Shown: one piece after another, positions 26,111 to 38,810 of the stretch
How positions within the stretch are numbered: the stretch's first letter is position 1
Layout of the letters: the number at the start of each line of letters is the position of its first letter
NCBI GenBank assembly: GCA_951406725.2
Contig: OX597817.1
Coordinates: 114,638,001-114,702,000 of the forward strand
Source: Octopus vulgaris
Lineage: Eukaryota
Direction: 5' to 3'
Length of the DNA stretch: 64,000 bases
Notes under the pieces: generated by a model
Seen by the model: the letters and a program-made list of their open reading frames with translations, nothing else
Told to the model about the DNA's origin: nothing
Databases searched by the model: none
Made by a program: the position numbers and the translations under genes

Positions 26111-27667
26111 AGATGACAGATGACAATAACTAGGCACACTATTGTCAACATTAGTAATACCACTAAGATACATTATACTATATTATGGTATTAATGAGTA
26201 CTTCTCTAGTATGCTTAATCTCATTACTATTGATTACTGGCTACATCAGCAGCAACAACAGCAATAACTTAAAATCACTCTAAAGTTAATGAAGAGGCTT
26301 CTGATGTGTGGTTGATGAACCTGGTAGAAATAGCAGCCTGATTATTCTAAAATTACATCTCTACCATCTTGAAAATAAAAAAAATGGTATAACACATTTG
26401 ACTGGATGGTCGTGCCTTGAATGCCTTTGTGTGTAGGTTTGATTAATCAAAGCTGAACAGTGTTTAGCAATAACAACAACAACAACTCTAGCTGCAATGC
26501 TATTGACTGTTTCATGTACTCTTGTTTCTGTTGTTGTTGTTGTTGCAATAGTTGAAGTTATAACAGTCTTTAGGTGCTCTTTGCTAAATATCATCAATCT
26601 ATCACCTTCGTTCTGTTGATAGTACCAGAAATAATGTTGTTACTTTCATATATCCCACCCCACCCCACCCCACCGTCTCCACACTTTGTATTTATTTCTA
26701 CTTCAATCTAGATATAAGCCATTTCCTATAATTGCAGACACATTTGGACAGACATTTTGCTGTATTTATTTATTATTTATTTATTGGTTTCTTTTCTATT
26801 TTTTTCTTTATTGTTTTTCCTTTTTGTTTTTGTTGTTGTTGTTTTTCTTCCCGATATTATTGTCTTGGTTCACCTTTCAGTTTGTCTTTATGTGTTTGCA
26901 GAGCGAAACAAACTCATTGTTTTTGATAGTTCATAGTTTAAGTCTAATTTTAAGTGGAAATCTTTAATCACAAGAAAACCTATTGATTTGTTGAATCATT
27001 TCAGTTTAGATGGTGTGAATAACTTAATCACTTTCAGTATGAAAACGAGATGAATGAACTTTTCGGTGCAACTAACAAACATACCTAAATTAAAATTTTT
27101 GTAAATGTTTAACTAACAAAAACAACAAACAAAACATACAAAAAAGAAACAAAATTTAAAAACGCAAAGCAAAAAACAAAAGCAAAAAGAAAAAAAATTA
27201 AAATATTTAAACTAAGTGTAAAAAGACAGAAAAAGAAAATTTTGAAAAATGAATTACGGAAGTGACAAAACGAATTTGATATTGTCAACTACAACAACAA
27301 AACAACAAGAATTCTAACTGCAGTAATGCAATATTTTGCTTGATTTAGAAAATATGGCCCCTACATTTGATTTAGAAAATATGGCCCCTATATTTTAATG
27401 AGAAGCAAAATAAGTAGCTATGATGATTATAACTCCCTAGAATATATTAATAATTTTATATGAAATATCAAATGTATGTGTAATCATGCAAAATATTATA
27501 TACATGTGCAGGTCAGGTATATATATATGTGTGTATTTAAGCGTGTGTTTGTGTATCTCTTCTTCATATACACATCCACACACACACATGCACATATACA
27601 CACACATGCATATTGGAATATATACATGTATGTGTGTGTGTGTGTGTGCATGTGCATATACATGTAT

Positions 27668-28160
27668 ATCATCATCATTGTTCAACATCCGCTTTCCATG
27701 CTGGCATGGGTTGGACAGTTTGACATGGAGCTGGCTAGCAGGAAGCTGCCTAGACTCTAACTGTTTGTTGTGGTATGGTTTCTCTGGCATTGGGGTCGAT
27801 GTAATCGACTTAATCCATTTGTCTGTCCTTGTTTGTCCCTCTGTGTTTAGCCCCTTGTGGGTAGTAAAGAAATAGGTATGGTTTCTCTGGCTGGATGTCC
27901 TTTCTAATGCTAACTACTTATCAGAATGTGGTGCGTGCTTCTCACGTGCCACTGGCACAGGTGCACTTCCATAGCACCAGCACAGGTGTATTAATACAGT
28001 ACTGGCACAGGTGCCTTTTAAGTGGCACTGGCACCTGAAAGTACAAGCCTGTATGTGTGGAAGACAGTGATTTTAACTGGCTTGACATGTCTTATCAAAT
28101 ACAGCAAATAACCACATCTCCCAGTCTCTTGTCATTTCCTCAGTGAGGACCAGCATCTGA
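27668..28160 (-). mobile_element. Family D copy containing a nested family A 3' fragment (27789-27874)
   Basis: Nested fragment bounded by perfect 17 bp TSD GGTATGGTTTCTCTGGC (27772-27788, 27875-27891). Confidence 0.85.
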
Positions 28161-28162
28161 TG

Positions 28163-28198
<36 letters not shown>

Positions 28199-28232
28199 CA
28201 CTCACATACACACACACACACACATATATATC

Positions 28233-28395
28233 ATAGGTGCAGGAGTGACTGTGTGGTAAGTAGCTTGCTTACCAACCACATGGTTCTGGGTTCAGTCCCA
28301 CTTCATGGCACCTTAGGCAAGTCTCTTCTACTATAGCTAAGGGCTGACCAAAGACTTGTGAGTGGATTTGGTAAACAAAAACTGAAAGAAGCCTG

Positions 28396-28398
<3 letters not shown>
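28233..28398 (+). mobile_element. Family B 5' half ending in (TA)n
   Basis: TAGGTGCAGGAGTGACTGTGTGGTAAG...ACTGAAAGAAGCC. Confidence 0.85.
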
Positions 28399-28444
<46 letters not shown>

Positions 28445-28538
28445 AGAAGAAAATGGAAGAAAAATAACAGGAAGAAGTTGGTCGTTTGCACTAAGCCATT
28501 AATTTAATTAATCAATAAAGAAAAGTGGTAGTAATAGT

Positions 28539-28589
28539 ACATTTACAACCGTTTCTGTTTACCAGTTGTGGTGGTAGACATCAGAATGC
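28539..28589 (-). ncRNA. Degenerate hammerhead motif in a (TA)n-flanked insert (~28442-28705)
   Basis: Minus strand: GCATT-CTGATG-TCTACCA-ccacaac-TGGTAAACA-GAAA-C-GGTT-G-TA-AATGT; stems present but the core box is incomplete (likely short deletion). Confidence 0.5.
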
Positions 28590-29660
28590 GGAGTCATATG
28601 TAGAGGTAAGCAGAGCAAAAGACATAGGGATACATTGATAACCAGGAGCGCCTTTGGATTTAACCATCCCTTAGAGGTTTTAAACACCTCTAACTTATAC
28701 CTAAATATACATATATATATTTATGATCTCATCTGTTGATATATGTGGGTCTATATTTTCCAGTGTACCCTGAATTTAAAATGGTTGGGTGTGATTCAAT
28801 GGAAATTTGACTACTATTTGTAGCGACTCGCTTGCTCACACAAAGGTATTCACTTTTTGCTTTGAAGGAAACCTTGATCATTCTTTTGTCATTTTAGTCT
28901 CAGATCAGCTGTAACCAAAGAACAATACTGGTGAAAGATACTCTAATTGGGACAATCTCCTCTTTTGTATATATGGAAGCATAATTTCAATATAGCTTAT
29001 ATTTGATTCCTAATTGGTGGGCATCGTCGACGGATGTTTCATTAGAGGACATTGAACATCATCAGTTGATGTTTGGAAACTTTTACAAGGACACAGCCAT
29101 CATCAGTTGATGTTTGAGCATCTAGTTTGTCTAATGTACTGAAGCATAAGCAGCCTTTATGGATGCGGGAAACTAAGTTGCAATAGCTGATTTGTACAGT
29201 GACAGAGAAATTTTTTACTGACTTTCCTCCTTCATCATGAGATAAAATAGATGATGATGATAAGGAAGAAGAGGATGACAATGTTGACAATTACAATGTT
29301 GATAATGACAATGATGATGATGATGATAAGGAGGAAGAACATGTCAACGATGGCAATGTTGATGATGATGATGATCATCATCATCTAGATAGGGTTAGAT
29401 CAGAAGAATGTGATGTTTTAAGTAGCTTAGGATAGAAAAAGTGCACCATATTTTTTTCTCCTTTTGTACATTTGTTTGACAAAAACAGTGAGGAAATCTC
29501 TAATGAATTTATGTTCACACCAGATATGCATAGCAGAATGAATATTTTATGGCACTTTTCTATAATGAGATTGTAAATTTTCATAGTTTTTCTACTTATC
29601 TAAAGTGAAAATTAGTATAAAAGTTACCCTTTAGAAAAATGAATATATATATATATATCA

Positions 29661-30055
29661 TAGGTGCAGGAGTGACAATGTGGTAAGTAGCTTGCTTACC
29701 AACCACATGGTTCCGGGTTCAGTCCCACTGCGTGGCACCTTGGCCAAGTGTCTTCTGCTATAGATAAGGGCCGACCAAAGCCTTGTGAGTGGATTTGGTA
29801 AATGGAAACTGAAAGAAGCCTGTTGTATATACATAGATATGTATATGTTTGTGTGTCTGTTTTTGTCCCACTCCATCGCTTGACAACCGATGTTGGTGTG
29901 TTTGTGTCCCTGTAACTTAGCGATTTGGCAGAAGAGACTGATAGAATAAGTACTAGGCTTACAAAGAATAAGTTCTGGGATCGATTTGTTCAATTAAATG
30001 CGGTGCTCTAGCATGGCTGCAGTCAAATGACTGAAACAAAAAAAGGAGTGAAAGA

Positions 30056-30056
<1 letters not shown>
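29661..30056 (+). mobile_element. SINE family B, full length (~400 bp, internal microsatellite)
   Basis: tRNA-like head with GGGTTCAGTCCC B box, ACCTTGGCCAAGTGTCTT block, TA/TG spacer, AAAGAG-type tail. Confidence 0.92.
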
Positions 30057-30107
<51 letters not shown>

Positions 30108-30299
30108 CCTGTTTGGTGCACATATTCATGCAACCATTTCATGGTGTTTAATTTTTAAAGATGGGTCAACTTAGCCTGGGCAAATTTTGGTCAAAACATA
30201 TCTTTGTCAAACTTAATAGCCCTACCTGATAGAATCTTTTAAGTCCATGTTTTCAAATTAAGTTTTGTGTATTTCCTTTATATCAGCATTTTTTAAAAC

Positions 30300-30530
30300 T
30301 GAGACACATTCAGGTATAGGTGGCTTTTCTGGTATCCCTTGAAGAAATTTGTCCAGTTATTGTTTGAAGATGATAGGCTCCTTTTCTTCTTTGATTTGTT
30401 TTGAAATATTAAATAGAAGAGTGCCTTTTGAGGGAGAGCCATTGTGTTGTACTGTGGTTATCTGTTGTGAGTTTAAATTATGCAGGGGTTAGATATCTTG
30501 GAGTCCCATGCTTGGTTGAATTATGAACTT
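30300..30530 (-). pseudogene. CR1-group LINE ORF2 C-terminal remnant
   Basis: Minus-strand translation GTLLFNISKQIKEEKEPIIFKQ*LDKFLQGIPEKPPIP resembles the LFN...FK..LDKFL..IPD.P C-terminus of CR1/L2-group ORF2. Confidence 0.6.
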
Positions 30531-32263
30531 AATGTGAGAATTTTGGTTACTATATTTAACAAATTGATGGACAACTAAATTACTTTGTGTGCTTACCAGA
30601 CTCTGACATCTCTGTAAAAAGTGATAGGTGTTAAGAAGACTGTTTTCCTAAAACTACAACATGTCTGTTCTATTATTTATATAAATATATAGATTCCAAA
30701 CAAATTTAAAATGTAAAACAAAAGGTGTAACGTTGTATGCAAAACACAACAAACATATTTTGAATTACATTTTAGTTTACAATGAGGTTTTTTTTGTTTT
30801 TTCCTCTATCCATTATTTAAAATATTTTACTTGGTATACATTACCAAAATTTTCTCATTTTAATAACAGTAAATGCATATTACTATAAATTATGTTTCGA
30901 TTCATATATAGTGAAACTAGCTCAGCTATGGAACATCTAAACACTTCTGTTTCAATCCTAGGCATGATGATGAAGTTCTTTGGAGTTCACAAAATTATTT
31001 CTAATTGAAATGACTATAACTTGACTTACTTAGTAGGAGAGGGGTGTTTCACACCCTGTGGTCTTCCAGCGTGTCATACACTAACCCAGAATTCCTAAGG
31101 GCTTCTGCTATTGCTAGATTGTTGTTAAACCTACACTGGTTTCATCCGTCTTTTTGACAGGTCTTGTTTTTAGTCTACTACTAGTATTGGTATGTATGTG
31201 ACCCCATAACTTAGCATTTTGGCAAAAGCGACTGCTAGAATAATTGTCAGGCCTAACAAAAGACTAGTGGATTGATTCATTCAACTAGAAATTCTTCAAG
31301 GTGGTGCCTTAACATGGCCACGGTCTAATGACTGAAATAAGTAAAAGATAAAAAATATAGAAAGATGTATTTCAGATACTCACCCTTTTATTTTTTAATT
31401 CAATGAGCAGGAAACAATAGTTTATTAAACAACTGAATAATCATCATTAAAACTGTTTTTAGAGGGAGATTTAGTTGCTGTTTAACTGTAAGGACTGCTA
31501 TTTCTAGCAGCTCAAGCCATCACATAAATGCTCCCTCTTCGACTTGTATATTTGATTTTCAGGTTAGGTTAAGTTGAGGTCTTTGCAAAACTGCCCTGTA
31601 TAAAAGTTTGATGTTGTCGTAATATGTTAATCTATAATGCTAGTATTACACTGACTGGATGCTGTGCTGCTGTCACCATGGATATATACTTAGTATAAGC
31701 CACACACAACAAAGGAAGCTATAACCTATCTCTGCTGCCATTAGTAAATTCTATTGAAGATAAGTCCTACTGAGGTTGATAGGATTATATTCCACCCTAT
31801 TCTCCTTTATTGCAATGCAACCGATTAAAATTTTCCATTGGACGACTAAGACTTATATTGCTTTATTCATTGCTTGCTTCACTGCTATTATCTTTAGTAT
31901 GTGCTTCTGCTTTTCTTCTTAGCTTCCTACGCCATTTATTCATTGTCACATCGGAGGTGAATTGGTAAAAAAAAAAAAAGAAAAGGAATAGTAAAAGACA
32001 ATTGTATTATGAGTCTACATTTCTATGTACCATTTAAGAAACTTGATAAAAACTTTGAATTTAATTGCCTCACCTTCCTCCTCCTCCGCCTCTATGTCTC
32101 CCTCCTTGTCATCATCGACTTGTCCTCTTCCTCTCCATCCTTCTCCTCTTCCTCTTCCTCATCTTTGTCTTTCCCCTCCTCTTCTTCCACTTCCGCTTCC
32201 TCTGCCGGCACCATCATTATGTCCACTTTTTCAGGCTTGCATTGGTTGGATGGCATTTGTCAT

Positions 32264-32487
32264 CCCTTTAGCATTCAGAATACTCTGTGAAATGTAATGC
32301 TTATTTACTCGCATTGTTCCGAGTTAACCATGCATGATCTCATAGCTTTCAGATTTTGATGTTGTGATTATCTATCTTCATAATGTCATTGTAGGACAGG
32401 GGTGTTGAAGTTGAATCTGGTTAATTTGAACATAAACACAGGCAGAATATTTTAGGACCTGATATGGCCAGTTGAAATACTAAAGGG
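32264..32487. mobile_element. piggyBac-like MITE, degenerate
   Basis: CCCTTTAGCATT...AATACTAAAGGG-TTGA; homologous to 1903-2105. Confidence 0.6.
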
Positions 32488-32648
32488 TTGAATTTTCTAT
32501 AGCTGGACACCCTTCCTTTTGCCAGCCCTCACCTGTTTTTAAATGAATTAGTGTTTCTCTATGACCAGACATGTTTTCATGGAAGACTGGAAACAAAAGA
32601 CACCGCTTTCATGACAGTGATGCTCATCTACAACAGTTACTCCTTTTT

Positions 32649-32866
32649 TACTCTTTTACATGTTTCAGTCATTTGACTGTGGCCATGCTGGAGCACCACC
32701 TTTAGTCGAGCAAATCGACCCCAGGACTTATTCTTTCTAAGCCTACTACTTATTCTATCGGTCTCTTTTTGCTGAACCGCTAAGTTACGGGGACGTAACC
32801 ACACCAGCATTGGTTGTCAAGCGATGTTGGTGGGGACAAACACAGATACACACACGTACATATTTA

Positions 32867-32916
<50 letters not shown>

Positions 32917-33093
32917 CATACATAAATACGACAGGATTCTTTCAGTTTCCATCTACCAAATCCACTCACAATTCTTTGGTCAGCCTGAGGCTATAGTAGA
33001 AGACACTTGCCCAAGGTTTCACGCAGTGGGACTGAACCTGGAACCATTTGGTTCGTAAGCAAGCTACTTACCACACAGCCACTCCTACGCCTA
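32649..33093 (-). mobile_element. SINE family B, full length
   Basis: Reverse complement of the 29661 and 44108 copies, with expanded internal (TA)n. Confidence 0.92.
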
Positions 33094-33339
33094 TTATGTA
33101 AAATTAAAGAAACAGTAATACAGACGCACATACTAACACACACACACACACACGCACACACAAAGCTTCTTTCAGTTTCTATCTTCAAAATCAACTCATA
33201 AGGCTTTGTTTGGCCCAGAGCTATGATACAGAGCTACGATATTTGCCTAAGGTGTCACACAGTAGGACTGAACCTGAAGCCATGTAGTTGAGAAGCAAAC
33301 TTCTTACATCAAAACCATGCCTATGCTTGAAATAATAAT

Positions 33340-33940
33340 ATCGGTTTCAACTTTTGGCACAAGGCCAGCAATTTTGGGGTGGGATATGCTGATTATATTG
33401 ACCCCAGTGCTCAACCGGTACTTATTTTATCAACTGCAAAAGAATGGAAGGCAAAGTTGACTTTGGTATAATTTGAACTCAGAATGAAAAAACACACAAA
33501 ATGCTGCTAAGCATTTCACCAAGTGTACTAACGATTCTGCCAGCCTGCTGTCTTCTTAAAAGTTGATTATGTTAACCCCAGTGCATAACTGGTATTTATT
33601 TAATTGACCCCACCACCACCCCCCACCCCCAAGGGTGAAAGGCAAAGTTGACCTCGGCGCAATTTGAACTCAGAACATAAAGACAAATGAAGTGTTGCTA
33701 AGGTGTTGCCAGGTGTGCTAATGATTCTTTCCTTTTCTACTATAGGCACAAGGCCTGAATTTTGGGGGAGGGGATGAGCCAATTACATTGACCCAAGTGC
33801 ATAACTGGTACTTAACTCATTGACCCCCATGAAAGGCAAAGTTGACCACAGCGGAATTTGAACTCAGAATGTAACGATGGGTGAAATAACGCTAAGTATT
33901 TGGTCCAGTGTGTTAACGATTCTGCCAGCTCATTGCCTTT
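33340..33940 (-). mobile_element. Cluster of three SINE family A copies
   Basis: Three AATTTGAACTCAGAA and AAGGCAAAGTTGAC units. Confidence 0.85.
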
Positions 33941-34527
33941 TAAAATAATAATGTTACTGAAGAGGATTTCTTTTACTTGCTACAAATAAAAGTGTATACA
34001 AAATGACATTATGTATTCATATATGTGTATATGTATGCATGTTGCGTTTTGTATGCTTGTATATAATAGAAACACCATAATAACATCCTATCCACCACCA
34101 CCACCACCACTACCATACCTGGTATCATTTCTGTGTTAATGATAGAATCTTGACTTGCTAGAAATTGCAACCAAGTATTTATCAAATCATGTTTTTACCA
34201 TTTTCTTAAAAAAGAGAATGCAGCCCTGGTTTCATTATTCTAGGAAAATACAAAATGGTTATGGTTGAAGTGCTTTTGGTATTATTTCTTCTGAATCAAG
34301 ACTGATTTATAGTGAAGCCTCAGGAAGTAGGAGAAGAAGAAGAACAACAACAACTGTGTTGTTTCTGTGATCTTTTCTTTTTATTCTTGTAGCAGGAATG
34401 GGTGTGTCTGAGCAAAATACATTATTCCTTTATGTATTTTTATACTATGAAAGGTGTTCAGTACTTTTAGATGTGTTCTAAGATAGTTCTAACCACATGT
34501 CTTTATACTACATGTATGATACAAAGC

Positions 34528-34787
34528 GTGGAGGCATGTGGCCTAGTGGTTAGGGTGTCAGCACCATGATCGTATGATTGTGGTTTCGATTCCTGGACCA
34601 GGCCGCACGTTGTGTTCTTGAGCAAAACGCTTCATTTCACGTTGCTCCAGTCCACTCAGCTGGCAAAAATGAGTAATGCTGCAATAGACTGGCGTCCCAT
34701 CCAGCTGGGGAACACATACACCATAGAAACCGGGAAACCGGGCCCATGAGCCTGGCTAGGCTTTAAAAGGGCTCATTTATTATTTTT
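34528..34787 (+). mobile_element. SINE family C, full length
   Basis: High identity to the 25489 copy; 15 bp TSD TGTATGATACAAAGC. Confidence 0.92.
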
Positions 34788-34816
34788 TGTATGATACAAA
34801 GCTACAAGCAGGCACA

Positions 34817-35130
34817 TGTGAAGGCACATGACTCAGTGGTTACAGTGTCAGGCTCACAATCATGAGGCAGTGAGTTCGATTCCTGAACTTGGCTGTGTGT
34901 TGTGTTCTTGTGCAAAACACTTTATTTCATGTTGCTCCAGTTCACTCAGCTGTAGAAATGAGTTGTGACATCACTGATGCTGAGCTGGATTAGTCTTTGG
35001 ATAACATCGATGGTGTGGAGAGAGGAGGTTGGTATGCATGGGCAACTGCGGGTCTTGGCTGAACTTGTTACTTGGAGGGTAGCTTTCTAGGTGCAATCCC
35101 ATGGTCACTTATGACTGAAGGGGTTCTTTT
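34817..35130 (+). mobile_element. Family C head with a third body type
   Basis: Head aligns to C; 3' part GACTGAAGGGG resembles the tail of the 5725 copy. Confidence 0.7.
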
Positions 35131-35439
35131 CAAGCAAAAACATAAAATGATTATATCCCCCCCACATATTTATTTATACATGAACATACATATATAATCT
35201 GATTGTTGCATATAGTTAACCAAATTTGTTTAACACTGCTAGGATTTATTTATCCAATTTACTTACTATATAAATTCTGGAAGAGGTGGGCTCCTGTTAG
35301 AGGCCTGCAACACTTCAAGATGCATGGAGCCAAATCAAACTGTTTTAAATAATACATATAACTCCTTCCAAATGTGTTGAGTGCCCCGTTCTTTCATTCG
35401 TTCACTCACTCAACTCATGTGTGTGTGTGTGTATATATA

Positions 35440-36033
35440 AATAAGACCCGGCAGGACAAGTGAGACCATAACCCATGGCCTCTACCTGGGATGTAGCCAG
35501 TCCACTTATGCATACCTTTCCTTCTTGGGACACAAAACTCTAGTCGTGAAGACCTGTTGAGGCAAGTGGAAATCAGAATCAAAATCGAAATCAATCAACA
35601 TCAATGGAAATTGTAGCTGTGATACCAGTGCCGGTGGCACGTAAGCGAACCATCCGAACGTGGCCATTGCCAGCGCTGCCCCGACGGGCCTCTGTGCTGG
35701 TGGCACATAAAAAGCACCATCCGATCGTGGCCGTTGCCAGCCTCACCTGGCCCCCATACTGGTGGCATGTAAAAAGCACCATCCGATCGTGGTCGTTGCC
35801 AGCCTCGCCTGGCCCCCGTATTGGTGGCACGTAAAAAGCACCATCCGACCGTGGGCGTTTGCCAGCCCCGTCTGGCATGTAAAAAGCACTCACTACACTC
35901 ACGGAGTGGTTGGCGTTAGGAAGGGCATCCAGCCATAGAAACGTTGCCAGATCAGACTGGGCCTGGTGCAGCCTTCTGGCTTCCCAGACCCCAGCATGGA
36001 AAGCGGACACTAAATGATGATGATGATGATGAT

Positions 36034-36035
<2 letters not shown>
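35440..36035 (+). mobile_element. Long family D copy with internal ~60 bp tandem units
   Basis: GGTGGCACGTAAAAAGCACCATCCGATCGTGG...CCAGCC repeated 4-5 times, then AGGAAGGGCATCCAGC and (GAT)n. Confidence 0.85.
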
Positions 36036-36074
<39 letters not shown>

Positions 36075-36080
<6 letters not shown>

Positions 36081-36480
36081 GCAACCATGGCTGTGTGGGT
36101 AGAAGCTTGCTTTCCAGTCACATGGCTCCAGGTTCAGTCTCACTGACTGTGTGGCATCTTGGGCAATTGGTCTTCTTCTGTGGCCTTGGACTGACCAAAG
36201 CCTTGTGAGTGGATTTAGCAGATGGAAACTGCAAGAAGCCCATATATGTGTGTGTGTATGTGTGTGCGCATTTGTTTGTAAGCCTACCATCGCTTGACAA
36301 CCGATGCAGGTGTGTTTATGCTCCCATACCTTAGCAGTTCAACAAATGAGACTGACAGAATGAATACTAGGCTTACAAAGAATAAGTTCAGGGTTTGATT
36401 TTTTCGACTAAAACCCTTTAATTGGGTGCTCCTGCATGGCTGCAGTCAAATGACTGAAACCAGTAAAAGTGTAAAAGAAT
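36075..36480 (+). mobile_element. SINE family B copy
   Basis: Collinear with 29661-30056. Confidence 0.85.
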
Positions 36481-36486
36481 AACACA

Positions 36487-36537
<51 letters not shown>

Positions 36538-36654
36538 CATATACATACATACATACACATATGTATATTTTTATGCATGTGTGTGTGTCTGTTGTGTGTG
36601 TATAACAAGTAATGTTTGTAGCCAGAGAAATTTTCGAACTAGCATTTTTGCTTT

Positions 36655-36692
<38 letters not shown>

Positions 36693-37278
36693 TGTATATA
36701 TATATACATATACATATATAAATACACATATATATCTACATACACATGCACACATATGCAAACACACCCACATATATACGTATATTTATAAACATTCACA
36801 CAACCCCCCACACACACACATGGACTTGAATGTACGTATTTGTATAAAGAAAACAGAACTTCTGCTTTTTCCATGTTATTTATGTATGAATATATGGATG
36901 TGCACTGAAAAATGAAAATAAGTAAACAGAGAGGGTAAGATGGAAAACAACATGCAAACAGAGAAACAAAAACCATATGGAATGGCAAGAAATCTGGACC
37001 AAATCATTGATGGATGAGTGTTCTGGTTTCTGCTGACTAATTTTCTTGCTGTGCAACTTGAGAACATGCAGCTAGCAATTTGGATAAAATCTTGAAGGAT
37101 CTTATTCTCTGGAACTATTTGATAAATGAGAGGAAAGAACACAAAAAAAAAAAAAGAAAACCCATTGAGGCTTTGCTGCTCAGTGTATGTGTATTCAATG
37201 GATGTTCATGAATAATTTCTTTGGATAATGGTTGGTGTTGTTATAGTTATTTAGTCCGAGGTTAGTCCTGAATAGCAG

Positions 37279-37620
37279 ATCATCATCATCATCATCATCA
37301 TTACTATTTAAAGTCCATTTTCCATGCTGGCATGGGCTGAATGGTTTGAGTGAAAACTGGTAAGCTGGAGAGCTGCACCAGGTTCCAATCTGATTAGGCA
37401 TGGTTTCTACAGCTTGATGCCATTCCTAATGCCAACCACTCCAAGAGTGTAGTGGGTGCTTTTTATGTGCCATCAGCATGAGCTCCAATTATGTAACACC
37501 GGTATCGGTCACAACTGAGATCTCACTTGGTTTGACAGGTCTTTTCAAGTATGGTATATTTCCAAAGGTCTTGGCCACTTGTCACTGTCTCTATGAGGCT
37601 CAATGTTCAAAAGGTGCTTT
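37279..37620 (-). mobile_element. Family D copy
   Basis: (ATC)n, TTTCCATGCTGGCATGGG, TTCCTAATGCCAACCACTCC. Confidence 0.8.
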
Positions 37621-37651
37621 TGAAAGAAAGTATTTCTTGCCATGGTTATTC

Positions 37652-37880
37652 TTTCTTATTTCTTTATTGCCCACAAGAGGCTAAACATAGAGGGGACAAA
37701 CAAAGGGATGAATTCGATTACATTGACCCCCAGTGCATAACTGGTACTTATTTAATCGACCCTAAAAGGATGAAAGGCTAAGTCGAACTCGGCGGAATTT
37801 GAACTCAGAACGTAGCAGCAGACAAAATACCGCTAAGAATTTCACCCAGAGTGCTAACGATTCTGCCAGCTCACCGCCTT
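37652..37880 (-). mobile_element. SINE family A copy
   Basis: Reverse complement of 347-574; imperfect TSD GTTATTC(T/C)TTCT. Confidence 0.88.
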
Positions 37881-37914
37881 ATAATTGTTATTCCTTCTGT
37901 TTGTGTATCTAGGG

Positions 37915-38210
37915 TGACGGTGTGTGGCTTAGTGGTTAGGGTAATCAGCTCATGATCATAAGACTGTGAGTTCGATTCCCAGCAGTGCATTGTATTCTTG
38001 AGTAAGACACTTTATTTCACATTGCTCCAGTCCACTCAGCTGGCAAAAACGAGTAGTACCTTTATTCCAAAGGGCCAGCCTTACCACATTCTGTTTCATG
38101 CTGAATCTCCCTGAGAACTATATTAAGTGTATGAATGTCTGTGGAGTACTCAGCCACTTGCACATTAATTCAATGAGCAACCTGTTGTGTTAATTGGATC
38201 AACTGGAACC
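37915..38210 (+). mobile_element. Family C head with another body type
   Basis: TGGCTTAGTGG, GAGTTCGATTCC, TTGCTCCAGTCCACTCAGCTGGC. Confidence 0.75.
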
Positions 38211-38369
38211 GTCATTTTGTATATCTAGAACTACGTTGTCTTCCATTTTAATTTTTTTTTTGCTTTTAATGCTTTGCATGTCAAAAGCATTTTCACAAGT
38301 TTGTCCTGCTTGTTTCCAGGCTTTTTGCTAGTCCTTGTTTCATGCCTTCTGAGTTATCCTTTATCATTT

Positions 38370-38629
38370 GCTAGTTTCTGTCATTTGACTGTGGTCATGC
38401 TGGGGTGCCACCTTGAGGAATTTTAGTCAAACTAATCAACCTCAGTACTGACTTCCATTTTAAATTTGGCACCTATTCTATCAGCTCTTTTGCCAAACTG
38501 CAAAGTTGCTGGGACATAAACACACCAACTCTGGTTGTCAAGCACTGGTGAGGGACAAACACAGACACAGAGACAGACAGACAGACAGACACACACACAC
38601 ACACACACACAGACACACACACAGACACA

Positions 38630-38670
<41 letters not shown>

Positions 38671-38810
38671 CAGGCTTTTTTCAGTTTCTGTTTACCAACT
38701 TCACAAACATGGCTTTGGTCAGCTTGTGACTATAGTAGAAGATGCTTGCCCAAGGTGCTATGGTGTGGGACTGAACCCAGAACCATTTCATTGGGAAGCA
38801 AGCTTCTTAC
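38370..38810 (-). mobile_element. SINE family B copy with internal (CA)n
   Basis: Collinear with the 32649 copy. Confidence 0.82.

Noticed and set aside
27340-27392. 27 bp tandem duplicate (similar ones at ~12957, ~24224, ~38810)
   Set aside because: Ordinary slippage duplications.
35591-36121. 176 aa ORF and repeat-spacer-like array
   Set aside because: Internal tandem units of family D; the inter-repeat parts are homologous to each other.
36975-37120. Minus-strand exon candidate after a strong poly-T tract
   Set aside because: No good splice donor and the peptide is unrecognised.
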